Origin: an uncultured Lachnospiraceae bacterium
Lineage (GTDB): Bacteria; Bacillota; Clostridia; Lachnospirales; Lachnospiraceae
Length of the DNA: 64,000 bases
Assembly: GCA_910588885.1 (NCBI GenBank)
Contig: CAJUSQ010000002.1
Coordinates: 1,350 to 65,349, forward strand
Direction: 5' to 3'
Shown: piece by piece, positions 63,722 through 64,000 of the stretch
How the letters are laid out: each line of letters begins with the position of its first letter
Position numbering within the stretch: the first letter of the stretch is position 1
Translations under genes and position numbers: made by a program
The notes under the pieces: model-generated
The model's input: the letters and a program-made list of their open reading frames with translations, nothing else
Databases searched by the model: none
Told to the model about the DNA's origin: nothing

Positions 63722-64000
63722 TTATTTTCTCCGTTTCCTTCTTTTCACCAGCTTTACTATGACAACCACCAGCAAAACCAGAATCAAAATGACCGCCAGA
63801 ACAATTCCCACCAGGGCAAAGGCAATCTTATTGGGACTTTTCACCAACGCCCCGATACTGGAATCGTCTTCGATGACTTTCCGGTTATGGGTTTGGCTGT
63901 AGTATTCCGAAATCTCTCCGTTCTCCTCCCCCATCCGTTCCACATAACGGGCAATAGCTTCCCAAGCTTTTATTTCACGTCCGTTTTCATAGACAATATG
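63722..64000 (-). CDS. C-terminal end of a larger protein with a C-terminal TM anchor (gene runs off the right edge)
   Basis: The frame is open from the window edge: HIVYENGREIKAWEAIARYVERMGEENG...FALVGIVLAVILILVLLVVVIVKLVKRRKRRK. The GTG start at 63943 in the ORF track is probably internal. Confidence 0.5.
   Translation of the reverse strand, partial: HIVYENGREIKAWEAIARYVERMGEENGEISEYYSQTHNRKVIEDDSSIGALVKSPNKIAFALVGIVLAVILILVLLVVVIVKLVKRRKRRK

Overview
The window looks like a chromosomal segment of a flagellated, spore-forming Clostridia bacterium (Lachnospiraceae-like, about 50% GC). That is a guess from gene content. Most genes are on the minus strand.

**Layout**
- 1-16.3 kb, housekeeping: lysS (partial), greA, dusB, coaX, birA, an ornithine carbamoyltransferase, an NfeD/SPFH pair, a SleB-like cell-wall hydrolase, pgi, murG, a HIT protein, a minimal orphan histidine kinase and a flavodoxin-SCP2 fusion.
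- 16.5-25.9 kb: a complete Tad/Flp type IVb pilus locus. It includes a 55-aa Flp pilin that the ORF track missed.
- 25.9-36.6 kb: bofA, a yaaL-like gene, then a large unknown protein followed by flagellin and fliS, then a methyltransferase and degV.
- 36.7-45.8 kb, the accessory and rearranged part:
  - A patatin-like phospholipase gene is present as two decayed tandem copies with a 1266-bp period. The copies share a 732-bp identical core and the same homopolymer frameshift. They are separated by a fragment resembling the C-terminus of an Rpn/YhgA-like recombination nuclease.
  - A roughly 3.2-kb low-GC island follows. It encodes a secreted C39-like cysteine peptidase with cell-wall-binding repeats, a membrane-anchored partner protein and a GNAT acetyltransferase.
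  - Next is a translationally coupled IbrA/IbrB-like pair: a PAPS-reductase-fold protein plus a ParB-like protein, possibly cotranscribed with a Cys-rich metal-binding protein.
- 45.9-64 kb: glgB, a TPR/AAA+ protein, an AI-2E transporter, an aconitase-family hydratase, a two-component system, D-lactate dehydrogenase, and hydG-hydE preceded by a structured leader.

**Best candidate for an undescribed system:** the IbrA/IbrB-like module. Its two folds parallel DndC and DndB of DNA phosphorothioation, and its biochemistry is unknown.

**Other items worth a second look**
- the patatin / Rpn-fragment recombination scar
- the promoter-plus-terminator leader upstream of hydE
- the GC-rich 48-bp tandem repeats and long hairpin upstream of the hydratase gene
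- the flagellin gene placed 13 nt behind a 1008-aa ORF

No rRNA, tRNA, CRISPR array, integrase or intact transposase was seen. All family assignments come from motif recognition by eye. No database search was run.
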